Of a stretch of 64,000 nucleotides of DNA, positions 39,467 to 47,948 are shown one piece after another. The DNA is from Planctomycetota bacterium (GTDB taxonomy: Bacteria > Planctomycetota > B15-G4 > SIAN01): assembly GCA_031409275.1 (NCBI GenBank), contig JANNXA010000047.1:1-64000 (forward strand), read 5' to 3'. Position 1 is the stretch's first letter; each line of letters starts with the position of its first letter. The position numbers were made by a program, and so were the translations under genes. The notes beneath the pieces are model-generated. The model had not been told where the DNA came from and searched no databases. It saw nothing but the letters and a program-made list of their open reading frames with translations.

Positions 39467-41988
39467 AGGTGGATCGACTCGGAAGCGGGGCGTTGCTGGC
39501 GCTGGCGCTGCTGGCGTGCGCGGTGGCCGGCGCGCGACCATTCGCTTCGGGCGACGTCGAGCCGCTGCCGCCGGTGACGCGCCTCCTCGATCGGCTCGCC
39601 GGCGCGCGCCTCGACGCTCCGGCCGCCGCGCCCTTCTTTGGCGCGCTGACTCGAGTGGACGACGCGGCGTTGTCCTTCGTCGACGAGTTCACGCTCGACG
39701 CGCCCTTCCCCGGTCCGTGGCGTGCGCGTGCGTTCGTCGAGGCTGCGCTCGAGGGCGGCGCGGTGGCGCTTGCGCTGCCCGCGCGGATCGAGCGACCGCA
39801 GCGATGGCACGCCGGCGCCGACGCGGGAGCTTCGCGCGACGTCGTGACGGTGGGCGCGAACGACCTGCTGGGTTGCGCGCTCGCCGCGGACGCCGACTCG
39901 AACTGGCTGGTGCGCGCGTGGGTGCAGCCGATCGCGCCGCCGCAGCCGCCGCGCGCGGCCAACGCGGTCGGCGAGCCTCTGCCCGAGCCGAGCCTCTCCT
40001 TCACGCCGCTCGACCACTTGCCGCGCTCTGGCGACGACTTCGCGGCCGACCTGAAGGCGCATGCCGCCGAGTTCATCCGCCGGCCACGCGACTTCGCGTT
40101 GCCCGCCGACGCGACGAACGATGCGTGGCACGAGCTGCGCGCGATCGCCCGTCCCTACCCCGGCCGCGCCGCGCTTGCCATCGCGCTCAACGGCGGCGCG
40201 CGCGGGCTGCGCGTCGATCGCGTCGAGCTGCGGCGCCTCACTGCGGCCGAGGCTCTGGCGCTTTGCACCGACGAGACGGTCGAGCCCGTCACCCATGCAC
40301 TTCGCCGTCGCATCGAGCTCGACCTCGAGACCTACGACTGCCTCGCGCTGCCGCTTCCTGGCGCCATCGAGTTCGACCTCCACCTGCCGGCCGCCGCACC
40401 GCGCCTCGAGTTCGCGCTGGCGCTGCTGGCCGATCGAGCCGCAGCCGACGCAGCCGTCTCGCTCGAACTCACGGTGACGAGCGAGCGCGGCGCCGTGACG
40501 CTGCCGGCGCAGCAAGCGGGCCGCCGCTTCGTCGCCACGACGCGCGACCTCGCGCCCTTCGCCGACACCACGATCACCTTGCGACTCGCGGCGAGCGGAC
40601 CGGCCGGCGGTGTCGCGCTGATCGGCGCCCCGACCCTCCTGTCCCGCTCGGCCTCTCCGCCCCACGTGATCATCCTCTCGCTCGACACGCTGCGCGCCGA
40701 CCACGTCGGCTGCTACGGCGGCGTGCCGAAGACGCCGGCCATCGACTCGCTGGCGGCGCGCGGGACGCGATTCGCGCGCGCCTTCTCGCCGGCTTCGTAC
40801 ACGCTGCCGACCCACCTCTCGATGCTGTCGGGCCAGGATCCGCTGGTGCACGAGACGGTCGCCGCGACCGACCCGATGGATCCGCTGCGCACCTTGCCGC
40901 TCGCCGCGCGGCTGCGCGATGCTGGCTGGCGCACGGCGGCCTTCACCGCCGGCGGCCTCGTCCACCCGCGCTACGGTTTCGGCGTCGGCTTCGACCGCTA
41001 CTCGATCCGCGACCCGGGTGGCGTCGTCGGTCTCCATCGGCGCATCGGCGACGTCAGCGACGACGACGCGAAGCCGGGCGAGGATCGCATGCAGGCCGTG
41101 GTCGACTGGTTGGCCGCGAGCCGCGACGTGCCGTCGTTCCTCTTCCTCCACACCTACCTGGTCCACAACTACCGGCCGTTGCAGCCGTGGCTCGACCGCA
41201 TCGGCGGCGGTCCGCGCCCGAGCCAGGAGGAGCTCACGCTGCTGCGCCAGAGGGCGGAGAAAGGGCACTCCGCGTCGATCGACCGGCTGCGCACGCTCTA
41301 CCACGCGTCGGTGCTGCAGGCGGACGCGGAGATCGTCGGGCGTCTGCTGGGCGCGATCGACGCGCTCGGTCTGCGCGAGAAGACGCTGATCGCGCTGGTC
41401 GCCGACCACGGCGAGGAGTTCTTCGAGCACCGAATGATCGGCCACGGCGACGAACTGTGGCACACGCTGACGCAGGTGCCGTGGATCCTCGCCGGTCCGG
41501 GCGTGCCGGTCGGCGGCGTGCACGAGGCGCCGGTCGCGCTGGCCGACGTCGCTGCGACGATCGCCGGACGGTTGCAGCTGCCGCCGGACGCGCGCGTGCT
41601 GGCCGTCGACCGCCTCGCCGGCGAGGGCGACGACGAGATCGGCGCGGGCGAACCGCTCACGCTGTCGCTGCGGCGCATCGCCGATCGCCCCGATCAGGAC
41701 GCGCTGGTGCTGTGGCCATGGAAGCTCGTGCGGAAGCGCGGCAGCGAGAAGCCGTGGCCGATCGCGCTCTTCCAGCTCGACGAAGATCCGGACGAGACGC
41801 GCGACCGCGCCGCCGACGAACCGGCGCGGGTCCTCGGCATGACGCGCCGGCTCGAGGCGCGGCTCGCCGAACTCGAACGGCAGAAAGCGGAGCTGCCGCG
41901 TTCGAGCGGCCCGCGCCACTTCGAGATCTCCCCCGAACTCGAACGGATGCTCGACCAGCTCGGCTACACGCAGCGCGACGACGAGTAG
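39463..41988 (+). CDS. Sulfatase-like hydrolase/transferase, copy 2
   Basis: IILSLDTLRAD, YTLPTHLSMLSG, ADHGEEFFEH, LDQLGY. ATGA overlap with copy 1. Confidence 0.88.
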   Translation: MKVDRLGSGALLALALLACAVAGARPFASGDVEPLPPVTRLLDRLAGARLDAPAAAPFFGALTRVDDAALSFVDEFTLDAPFPGPWRARAFVEAALEGGAVALALPARIERPQRWHAGADAGASRDVVTVGANDLLGCALAADADSNWLVRAWVQPIAPPQPPRAANAVGEPLPEPSLSFTPLDHLPRSGDDFAADLKAHAAEFIRRPRDFALPADATNDAWHELRAIARPYPGRAALAIALNGGARGLRVDRVELRRLTAAEALALCTDETVEPVTHALRRRIELDLETYDCLALPLPGAIEFDLHLPAAAPRLEFALALLADRAAADAAVSLELTVTSERGAVTLPAQQAGRRFVATTRDLAPFADTTITLRLAASGPAGGVALIGAPTLLSRSASPPHVIILSLDTLRADHVGCYGGVPKTPAIDSLAARGTRFARAFSPASYTLPTHLSMLSGQDPLVHETVAATDPMDPLRTLPLAARLRDAGWRTAAFTAGGLVHPRYGFGVGFDRYSIRDPGGVVGLHRRIGDVSDDDAKPGEDRMQAVVDWLAASRDVPSFLFLHTYLVHNYRPLQPWLDRIGGGPRPSQEELTLLRQRAEKGHSASIDRLRTLYHASVLQADAEIVGRLLGAIDALGLREKTLIALVADHGEEFFEHRMIGHGDELWHTLTQVPWILAGPGVPVGGVHEAPVALADVAATIAGRLQLPPDARVLAVDRLAGEGDDEIGAGEPLTLSLRRIADRPDQDALVLWPWKLVRKRGSEKPWPIALFQLDEDPDETRDRAADEPARVLGMTRRLEARLAELERQKAELPRSSGPRHFEISPELERMLDQLGYTQRDDE

Positions 41989-42004
41989 CGGGGCGGTCGC
42001 ACCA

Positions 42005-42274
42005 TCACGATCGAGCGGGATGGACCCTTCGCGCCGGCAGCAGCAGCGCCAGCGCGGCGAGGTCGAGTCCGGTCTGCCAGTGCCAGCGCAGCAGCTCGGC
42101 GACACGATCGAGCGCGTGCTCCGGCAGCATGACGTCGCGTTCCGAGGTCGACTCCCATTCGAGGAGTTCGAGCGCGACCGCTTCCTCGAGGAACGACACC
42201 TCGACGCGATACCAACGGGCGACGACGTCGAGCCGCAGGTAGCGCTCGCCGCCCACCAGCACGAAGTCGCTCAT
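42005..42274 (-). CDS. cbpM: Chaperone modulator CbpM / MerR-like protein
   Basis: 89 aa with [28 protein letters not shown]-coupled downstream of the J-domain gene. Confidence 0.68.
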   Translation of the reverse strand: MSDFVLVGGERYLRLDVVARWYRVEVSFLEEAVALELLEWESTSERDVMLPEHALDRVAELLRWHWQTGLDLAALALLLPARRVHPARS

Positions 42275-43305
42275 GGACCGCTCCTCTGGCGCGCGCCACC
42301 TTCGGCCACCGTCGCGGCCGCGGACGCCGCGTGATCGGCCGCCTTGCGCAGAGACGCGAGCAGCTCGGCGTCGGACGAATCGGGCAGCGCGACGACGGGC
42401 AACGCCCAGAAATCGCCGCGACTGCCGTCCTCACGCACGAGTCCGAGACCGCGCAGCCGCAGCCGCGTGGCGAAGCGAAAGCGCGGCGGGACCTTCACCG
42501 TCGCCACGCCGCCTGGCGTGACGACCTGCATCGAGCCGCCGTCGAGCCACTCGCGCAGCGCGATCGGGACGGCCGCTTCGACGTCGTCGCCGCTGCGCCG
42601 ATAGGTCGCGTCCGATTCGAGCCGCACCGTCAGGTAGAGGTCGCCCGGCTCGCCGCCCTCTGCCCCCGGCTCTCCGAGCCCGGCGAGCCGCAGCGTCGCC
42701 CCCTCGCGCGCGCGGTCCGGGATCTTCAGTTCGACCGTCCGATCGCGGCGCAGCTGCCCCATGCCGCCGCAGCGCGGGCAGATGTGCTCTTCCAGTCGAC
42801 CGGTGCCACCGCAGTCGACGCAGGTGGCGCTGCCCGAAAGGGTGAAGCCGCGCGTGCCGCCGCGCAGCGCGTCGCTGATCGACAACGGCAGCTCGGCTCG
42901 GACATCCGCTCCGCGATGGCGGAAGCGGGGATGGCGAGTACGCCCACGTGAGCCGCTGCGCATCTCCTCTCCGAACAGCGAGCCGAAGAAGTCGGAGAAG
43001 CCGCCGCCGCCGAACAACTTCTCGTACTCCTCGGCGCTCATGGTGGCGGATCCCGGAGGCGGCGCGAACTCCTGGCCTTGCTGGAAGTCGTGGCCGAAGC
43101 GGTCGTACTTCGCGCGCTTCACCGGATCGGAGAGGACCTCGTACGCCTCCGACACGCGCTTGAACTTCTCCTCGGCCGCAGCCTTGTTCTCCAAGTGCCG
43201 ATCGGGATGCCACTGCAGCGCGAGCCGACGAAACGCCTTCTTCAGCTCGTCGGGCGCCGCGTCACGCTTCACGCCGAGGATCTCGTAGTAGTCCTGGTAC
43301 TTCAT
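42271..43305 (-). CDS. DnaJ-class co-chaperone (CbpA-like) with one zinc finger
   Basis: [15 protein letters not shown] motif, G/F region, CVDCGGTG and CPRCGGMG, DnaJ C-terminal domain. Confidence 0.92.
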   Translation of the reverse strand: MKYQDYYEILGVKRDAAPDELKKAFRRLALQWHPDRHLENKAAAEEKFKRVSEAYEVLSDPVKRAKYDRFGHDFQQGQEFAPPPGSATMSAEEYEKLFGGGGFSDFFGSLFGEEMRSGSRGRTRHPRFRHRGADVRAELPLSISDALRGGTRGFTLSGSATCVDCGGTGRLEEHICPRCGGMGQLRRDRTVELKIPDRAREGATLRLAGLGEPGAEGGEPGDLYLTVRLESDATYRRSGDDVEAAVPIALREWLDGGSMQVVTPGGVATVKVPPRFRFATRLRLRGLGLVREDGSRGDFWALPVVALPDSSDAELLASLRKAADHAASAAATVAEGGARQRSGP

Positions 43306-43479
43306 TGCAGCTCGATCTGAGGAGCGCGAACCGTCGTTTGGGCTGGTGACGGACGATAGCCGTCCAGGAGGACCTCCATTCCGGCGTGGTGAACCAAGAC
43401 CGCGCACATTGCACCATGCGGTGTGCGTGGTCCTGGGCCGGTCAAGTGCTCCCCGCCCCTCCGCCGAGGCCTGTCTCCA

Positions 43480-43887
43480 TCAAGGCGTCGAGGAGCAATA
43501 GCACGTGTAGTACGTCGCACTCGACGGCGGCTGACTCTTCTTGCAATACGTGTCCGTGGGGCAAGAACTCATGCAGATCGGCCCCCAGCTTGTCAGCGTC
43601 ACCGTGCACTCAGTCGGTGCCCCGAGTACTCCGCACGAACAGAACGAGCCACCCAGTGGGCCGCCCGCGCCAGGGCTCGTGCTGCACGCAGTCGTCCCGT
43701 CGGAGCACGTTATGAGCGAGCAGTGGAGGTTCCATGGACCGCCCAAGGTCCCTTGCGCGGCGGCGTTGAGCTGACATGAGTCCGAAGTCAGAGCAGCCAT
43801 CGATGTGAGGCCGATCGCGACACCCCCGAACGATCCGACTCCGAATACAGCGAACAGAGCCATCACCCTTCGCAACGATTGACCCAT
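43480..43887 (-). CDS. Small secreted Cys-rich protein (12 Cys)
   Basis: RBS aaggag before ATG 43887; hydrophobic N-terminus, then about 100 aa with 12 Cys ending TCYCSSTP. Confidence 0.72.
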   Translation of the reverse strand: MGQSLRRVMALFAVFGVGSFGGVAIGLTSMAALTSDSCQLNAAAQGTLGGPWNLHCSLITCSDGTTACSTSPGAGGPLGGSFCSCGVLGAPTECTVTLTSWGPICMSSCPTDTYCKKSQPPSSATYYTCYCSSTP

Positions 43888-43932
43888 TGGACACACTCCT
43901 TATGACTGGAATCTTCGAATCGTGAACGTTGC

Positions 43933-45600
43933 TCAGCGGAGGTGGAACACCACATCACGGTCTTCGCCGGGCATCAAGTCGATCTCCAAGAATTGATCAG
44001 GAAACCCGAGCGCTGTGGTCGCGAGGGTCACTCGACCGGCAGGAAGTCGAGACAGCACGCGCGTCTCGGGCATCGCCCTCGTCTCGTACGCCGTCGTCGC
44101 GGCAGTCTCTAGAAATGCGGTCAGTTCCCAGCTTCGGACTGGTTGCCCGGTGGCGTCCACGGCTCGCGCACGCACCGAAGCGGAACACCGTTCGAGTGGA
44201 ATGGAGACCTCCTGGCGGACCCCAGGATTCAGACGCACCGTCATCGGCTTGAAAGCCGACCCCTCGAATGGCTCGGCAATGCAACGGACGTCGTACGAGC
44301 CTGGTGGAACGACGAAATCGAAGGCCCCTTCGCGCGGCGTCGGCAAACACACCACGAAGAGCTTGCCGGCCAGGGACCACGCGTGTTGCGGCGTCGCAGC
44401 GCCACCGACCTCGTCGGTGAAGCGTACGGTGAGCTCCGCAAGATCTTCGTCAGGGCAGCTGGAGGGTACTTCGACAACGTGCGCGTCAGTGAACTCCCCG
44501 ACCGGAACGAACGGAAGCTCGTACGCTGCCGTCGAAGTCATCGAATCGGGCGCGATCCTGAATTGCGCGATCGCCTTCGACGGGTCATCGCGGCTTCGTC
44601 GTGCGAAGAACAACTCGACCTCGGGCGCCGAAAGTCGTTCTCGGACCGACCGCTCCACTTCCTCGATGGAGGGTTCCCATGAGGCTGGGAAGTACGCCGA
44701 GAACTCTGCCGTCGGCCACGCATACGTCCGCTCGGCGCGACCTCGGCTGCGGCGACTCGGCAGTCCTGTCCGAGCGTCGGTGACTCGGTATCCCGCGACG
44801 ACGAGTTCGCTCAGGCGGACTTTCTTGTGTCCGGCAAGCCTCTCGCTCGGCTCGAACACGAAGGCCTCTTCGAGGAACCCCTCCGCCGCCACCATCAGGT
44901 GGTAGGGCACAGCCTCGGCCATCGACAACGTCAACGTGCCGTTGGCATCGGTACGCCCGCGATCGAACAGGCTGCCGCATAGCGGCGAAAGCTGGTTGCG
45001 AAGCCGTTCGCCCACATCCCTGCCGCGAGGGCCGAACACATCGACGCGCGCGTTCCCGATCGGGTGGTCACGCGGATCGAAAACTTCGATCACCATCGAC
45101 TCACGGCCGGCCATCGTCACGCGCAGCGTCCCCGATTCGAGGACCGGCTTCGATTCGAGGCAAATGCACGTCGCAGCGTAGGAGGCGTGAGTCGCGAGGA
45201 TCCAGAACCCTGGCCGCCCGCTCAGAACTTCGCGCGCCAGAGTCCCATTCCCCCCCGCATCGGTCTCGACGGTCACCCATCGCGAACCCTCGTCGGCGAA
45301 GGATTCCAGTGAACTCGCGATCCGAATCGAGACAGCGGGAACAGGCGCGCCGGCGCGATCGACCGAATGCACTGCAACCACCGCTGCGGCATCGGCGCTG
45401 CGCAATGGCTCGATCGGTGTCGATTCGGTCACCGCCTCGGCGAGTGCGGGGCGTGGCGCACTTTTGTTGACGAGCGCTTCCGGGCTGCGCGACGTGAAGT
45501 GCGGCGCACGGCGCACTCCGATCACGATCCCGAGGATGACGGCGACCGTTGCCACCGATACGACAATGAATAACGAGTTCGACTTGTTCACGTGGTTCAT
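43933..45600 (-). CDS. Membrane-anchored protein with carboxypeptidase-regulatory-like (Ig-like) domains
   Basis: N-terminal TM; VDRAGAPVPAVSI, ETDAGGNG, DPRDHPIGNARV, GRTDANG, VDATGQPV. ATGA overlap with the upstream gene. Confidence 0.75.
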   Translation of the reverse strand: MNHVNKSNSLFIVVSVATVAVILGIVIGVRRAPHFTSRSPEALVNKSAPRPALAEAVTESTPIEPLRSADAAAVVAVHSVDRAGAPVPAVSIRIASSLESFADEGSRWVTVETDAGGNGTLAREVLSGRPGFWILATHASYAATCICLESKPVLESGTLRVTMAGRESMVIEVFDPRDHPIGNARVDVFGPRGRDVGERLRNQLSPLCGSLFDRGRTDANGTLTLSMAEAVPYHLMVAAEGFLEEAFVFEPSERLAGHKKVRLSELVVAGYRVTDARTGLPSRRSRGRAERTYAWPTAEFSAYFPASWEPSIEEVERSVRERLSAPEVELFFARRSRDDPSKAIAQFRIAPDSMTSTAAYELPFVPVGEFTDAHVVEVPSSCPDEDLAELTVRFTDEVGGAATPQHAWSLAGKLFVVCLPTPREGAFDFVVPPGSYDVRCIAEPFEGSAFKPMTVRLNPGVRQEVSIPLERCSASVRARAVDATGQPVRSWELTAFLETAATTAYETRAMPETRVLSRLPAGRVTLATTALGFPDQFLEIDLMPGEDRDVVFHLR

Positions 45601-46037
45601 TGGACGAGATCCCCACGAGTCTCCGAACGCGGCGGCGCCGCTCCTGCGGATGAACGCTTCAGCCGAAGGGCCGTCACAAGACTCACCCAACTCACCGCCA
45701 GAAGCGCGCTTGCCAGCAGACGATGTTCGAACGAAGAGAGCGTGATCTTTCCGGCGCACCCGCAGTTCGCGACGTTGGGAAGTGCGAACGCCAGTGTCGA
45801 CACGATCGCCGCGAACACGCACGAACTGGCTGCCCCGGCTAGACGAGTGCTCGGTACGAAGAGCACGGCCGAGATGATGAGCTCCATCCAGCCCGCGATG
45901 TGCACCAAGTCGGCCGCTGAATTCGCCGGGCTCGCAAAGACCTTGGATAGGCCAAGGAACATCCAAGTGCTGGCGAGTGCGTTGGCAGCGATTGCTGCAA
46001 CGACGCTATCTCGCGTCGTTCCGAATCGTGGTTTCAT
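45597..46037 (-). CDS. MauE/DoxX family membrane protein
   Basis: FLGLSKV, GWMELIISAVL, NCGCAG (CGC motif), about 4 TM helices. Confidence 0.72.
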   Translation of the reverse strand: MKPRFGTTRDSVVAAIAANALASTWMFLGLSKVFASPANSAADLVHIAGWMELIISAVLFVPSTRLAGAASSCVFAAIVSTLAFALPNVANCGCAGKITLSSFEHRLLASALLAVSWVSLVTALRLKRSSAGAAPPRSETRGDLVQ

Positions 46038-46193
46038 GCTGCTTCCTCGGGGCAGATCCGAGTGTTCAGCGACTTCTCAACGCGGCGTCGGAGACTATGA
46101 GGGGGGGGTGATTCGCAACACCTGAATCACCATTTCGAGATTGTTAATTCCAGCGCCACGTCAGGGTCTTCCCTACACGCGCCGCCGCACCCC

Positions 46194-47948
46194 TCACTCG
46201 CCTCGCTTCATTCCCATGCGGGCGGCACGAATCGCCTTCACGAGCGGCGGATCGAAGTCGGGGCAGGCGGCGAGTTCGGCGGCGGCATCGAGGTGGAGCC
46301 AGCGCGCGACTTCCTTCAACGACTCCTGCTCGTCGGTGGTGGTGCAGGCGATCTGGGAGTCCTTCGCCACGGCAACCAGGCGCGTCGGTGCGGGGCCGGG
46401 CACGCGCAGCTGCGCGATCTCCTCGGCGGTGAGGCGCAGCGCCGCAATCGCTTCGCGCAGCAACTTCGAATCGAAGCAGAGCTGGCGAGCAGCGAAGCGC
46501 TCCGGCGTGTCAGGCGCCGCACTGGCGCGCAGGTCGACCGCAATGCCCTTGCCGTGCCAGTTGCGTCCCAGCGGCGAGCGCGCCTCGAGGACGGTGAGGC
46601 TCAGCATCTCCATCGACGGCACGATCGAGTCGTTGCCCGGCAACTTGTAAGGCAGCGTCATCCCGAGCTGCCCGATCCCCTTGCCGTAGCTCGTCTCGCC
46701 GACCAGCAGCGCGCGACGATGGTCCTGGAACGAAGCCGCGAGGATCTCGGACGCGCTGGCCGAGCTGCCGTCCTGCAGCACCACCAACGGCAGATCGGGG
46801 AACGCGGCGCGCCCGGTGGAGAGGTGCAACTCGTCGCTGGGCAAGCGCGCGGTCGTGGCGATGACGGTCTTGCCGGCGTCGATGAAGAGGTTGGCAATGG
46901 TGCCCGCCTCGACGATCAGCCCGCCGGGATTGCCGCGCAGATCGAGCACGATGGCGCGCGCGCCGCGAGCAGTGAGGTCGCGCACGGCTTCACGCAGTTC
47001 GAGGAAGGCGCCGGCGCGAAAGAGCGGGAACGAGAGGTAGCCGATGTCGCCTTCCAGCAGGGCGCGGCGCGTCGCGCCGGCGGCGGGCGAGTAGTTCGCG
47101 ACGTCGAGTTCGAGGGGCTGCGGGAAGCCGGGGCGCGAGAGCGTGATTCGGCACGGCAGCGCCAGCCACTCCTGCACCTGCCAGCGTGGCAGGCCGGCCA
47201 CCGCGCGCCCATCGACGGCCAGCAGCGTGTCGCCCTTGCGAGCTCCTTTGAGCGCCGGGTCGCTGCCGCGCAACACGAGATCGAGCGAGAAGCCGCCATC
47301 GGCATCGGGCGGCGAGGCCAGAAGCCCCGTCGCGGACGGCACGCCCAACAGCTCTGCCATCGCTGCGCGACCGAGCGCGCGCGCATGGATCACCTGCGTG
47401 AACGGATCCTCGAGCGCGTCGACCATGGCGTCGAGCAGCAGCTCGAAGCGCTCGCGCAGCGCGTCATCGCTGACGTGCGTCGAGGCCGCGGGCGCCCCCA
47501 GCCACTGCTCGCTCAGCTCCAGCACGTCTGCCGGCAGCGGCGGCGAGCGCTCCGCTTCGAGCTGACGCTGCGCTTCAGCGACCAGCGCTTCGAGCGGCGC
47601 ATCGGCAGCCAACGCCGCTGGCGACGGATCGGGCACGGGCGATCCCACAAGCGCCACCTCGGCGCGGCGCTGCCGATCGGGCTCGACCTGCTGGCGCACT
47701 CGCAACGCCGCGAAGACGCGCGCATCGAAGCTCGCTTCGGCGTCGCCGCGGAGCGTCGGATGACGCGTGCGCACCGCGTCGAAGAGCTGCTCGAACACCT
47801 TCACCGGCGCGAGCTGCTGGCTCATCACCGTGGAGAAGCTCGTCTCGTCCTGCGGGGGCTTCCGAGTCGGCGCGGAACTCACCACCCACGCCCCGAACGC
47901 CAGGGCTGCTGTCGAAAGGCCCCATGTCGTCATCGCCGACCTCGTCAT
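46194..47948 (-). CDS. S41 family C-terminal processing peptidase with PDZ
   Basis: LEDPFT, KGDTLLAVDG, VLDLRGNPGG, SASASEILA (catalytic Ser) and GETSYGKG (Lys). Confidence 0.9.
   Translation of the reverse strand: MTRSAMTTWGLSTAALAFGAWVVSSAPTRKPPQDETSFSTVMSQQLAPVKVFEQLFDAVRTRHPTLRGDAEASFDARVFAALRVRQQVEPDRQRRAEVALVGSPVPDPSPAALAADAPLEALVAEAQRQLEAERSPPLPADVLELSEQWLGAPAASTHVSDDALRERFELLLDAMVDALEDPFTQVIHARALGRAAMAELLGVPSATGLLASPPDADGGFSLDLVLRGSDPALKGARKGDTLLAVDGRAVAGLPRWQVQEWLALPCRITLSRPGFPQPLELDVANYSPAAGATRRALLEGDIGYLSFPLFRAGAFLELREAVRDLTARGARAIVLDLRGNPGGLIVEAGTIANLFIDAGKTVIATTARLPSDELHLSTGRAAFPDLPLVVLQDGSSASASEILAASFQDHRRALLVGETSYGKGIGQLGMTLPYKLPGNDSIVPSMEMLSLTVLEARSPLGRNWHGKGIAVDLRASAAPDTPERFAARQLCFDSKLLREAIAALRLTAEEIAQLRVPGPAPTRLVAVAKDSQIACTTTDEQESLKEVARWLHLDAAAELAACPDFDPPLVKAIRAARMGMKRGE

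Noticed and set aside
43306..46193. Integron cassette or IS-bounded mobile element
   Set aside because: No attC core sites, integrase, transposase or flanking direct repeats were found; only composition suggests foreign origin.
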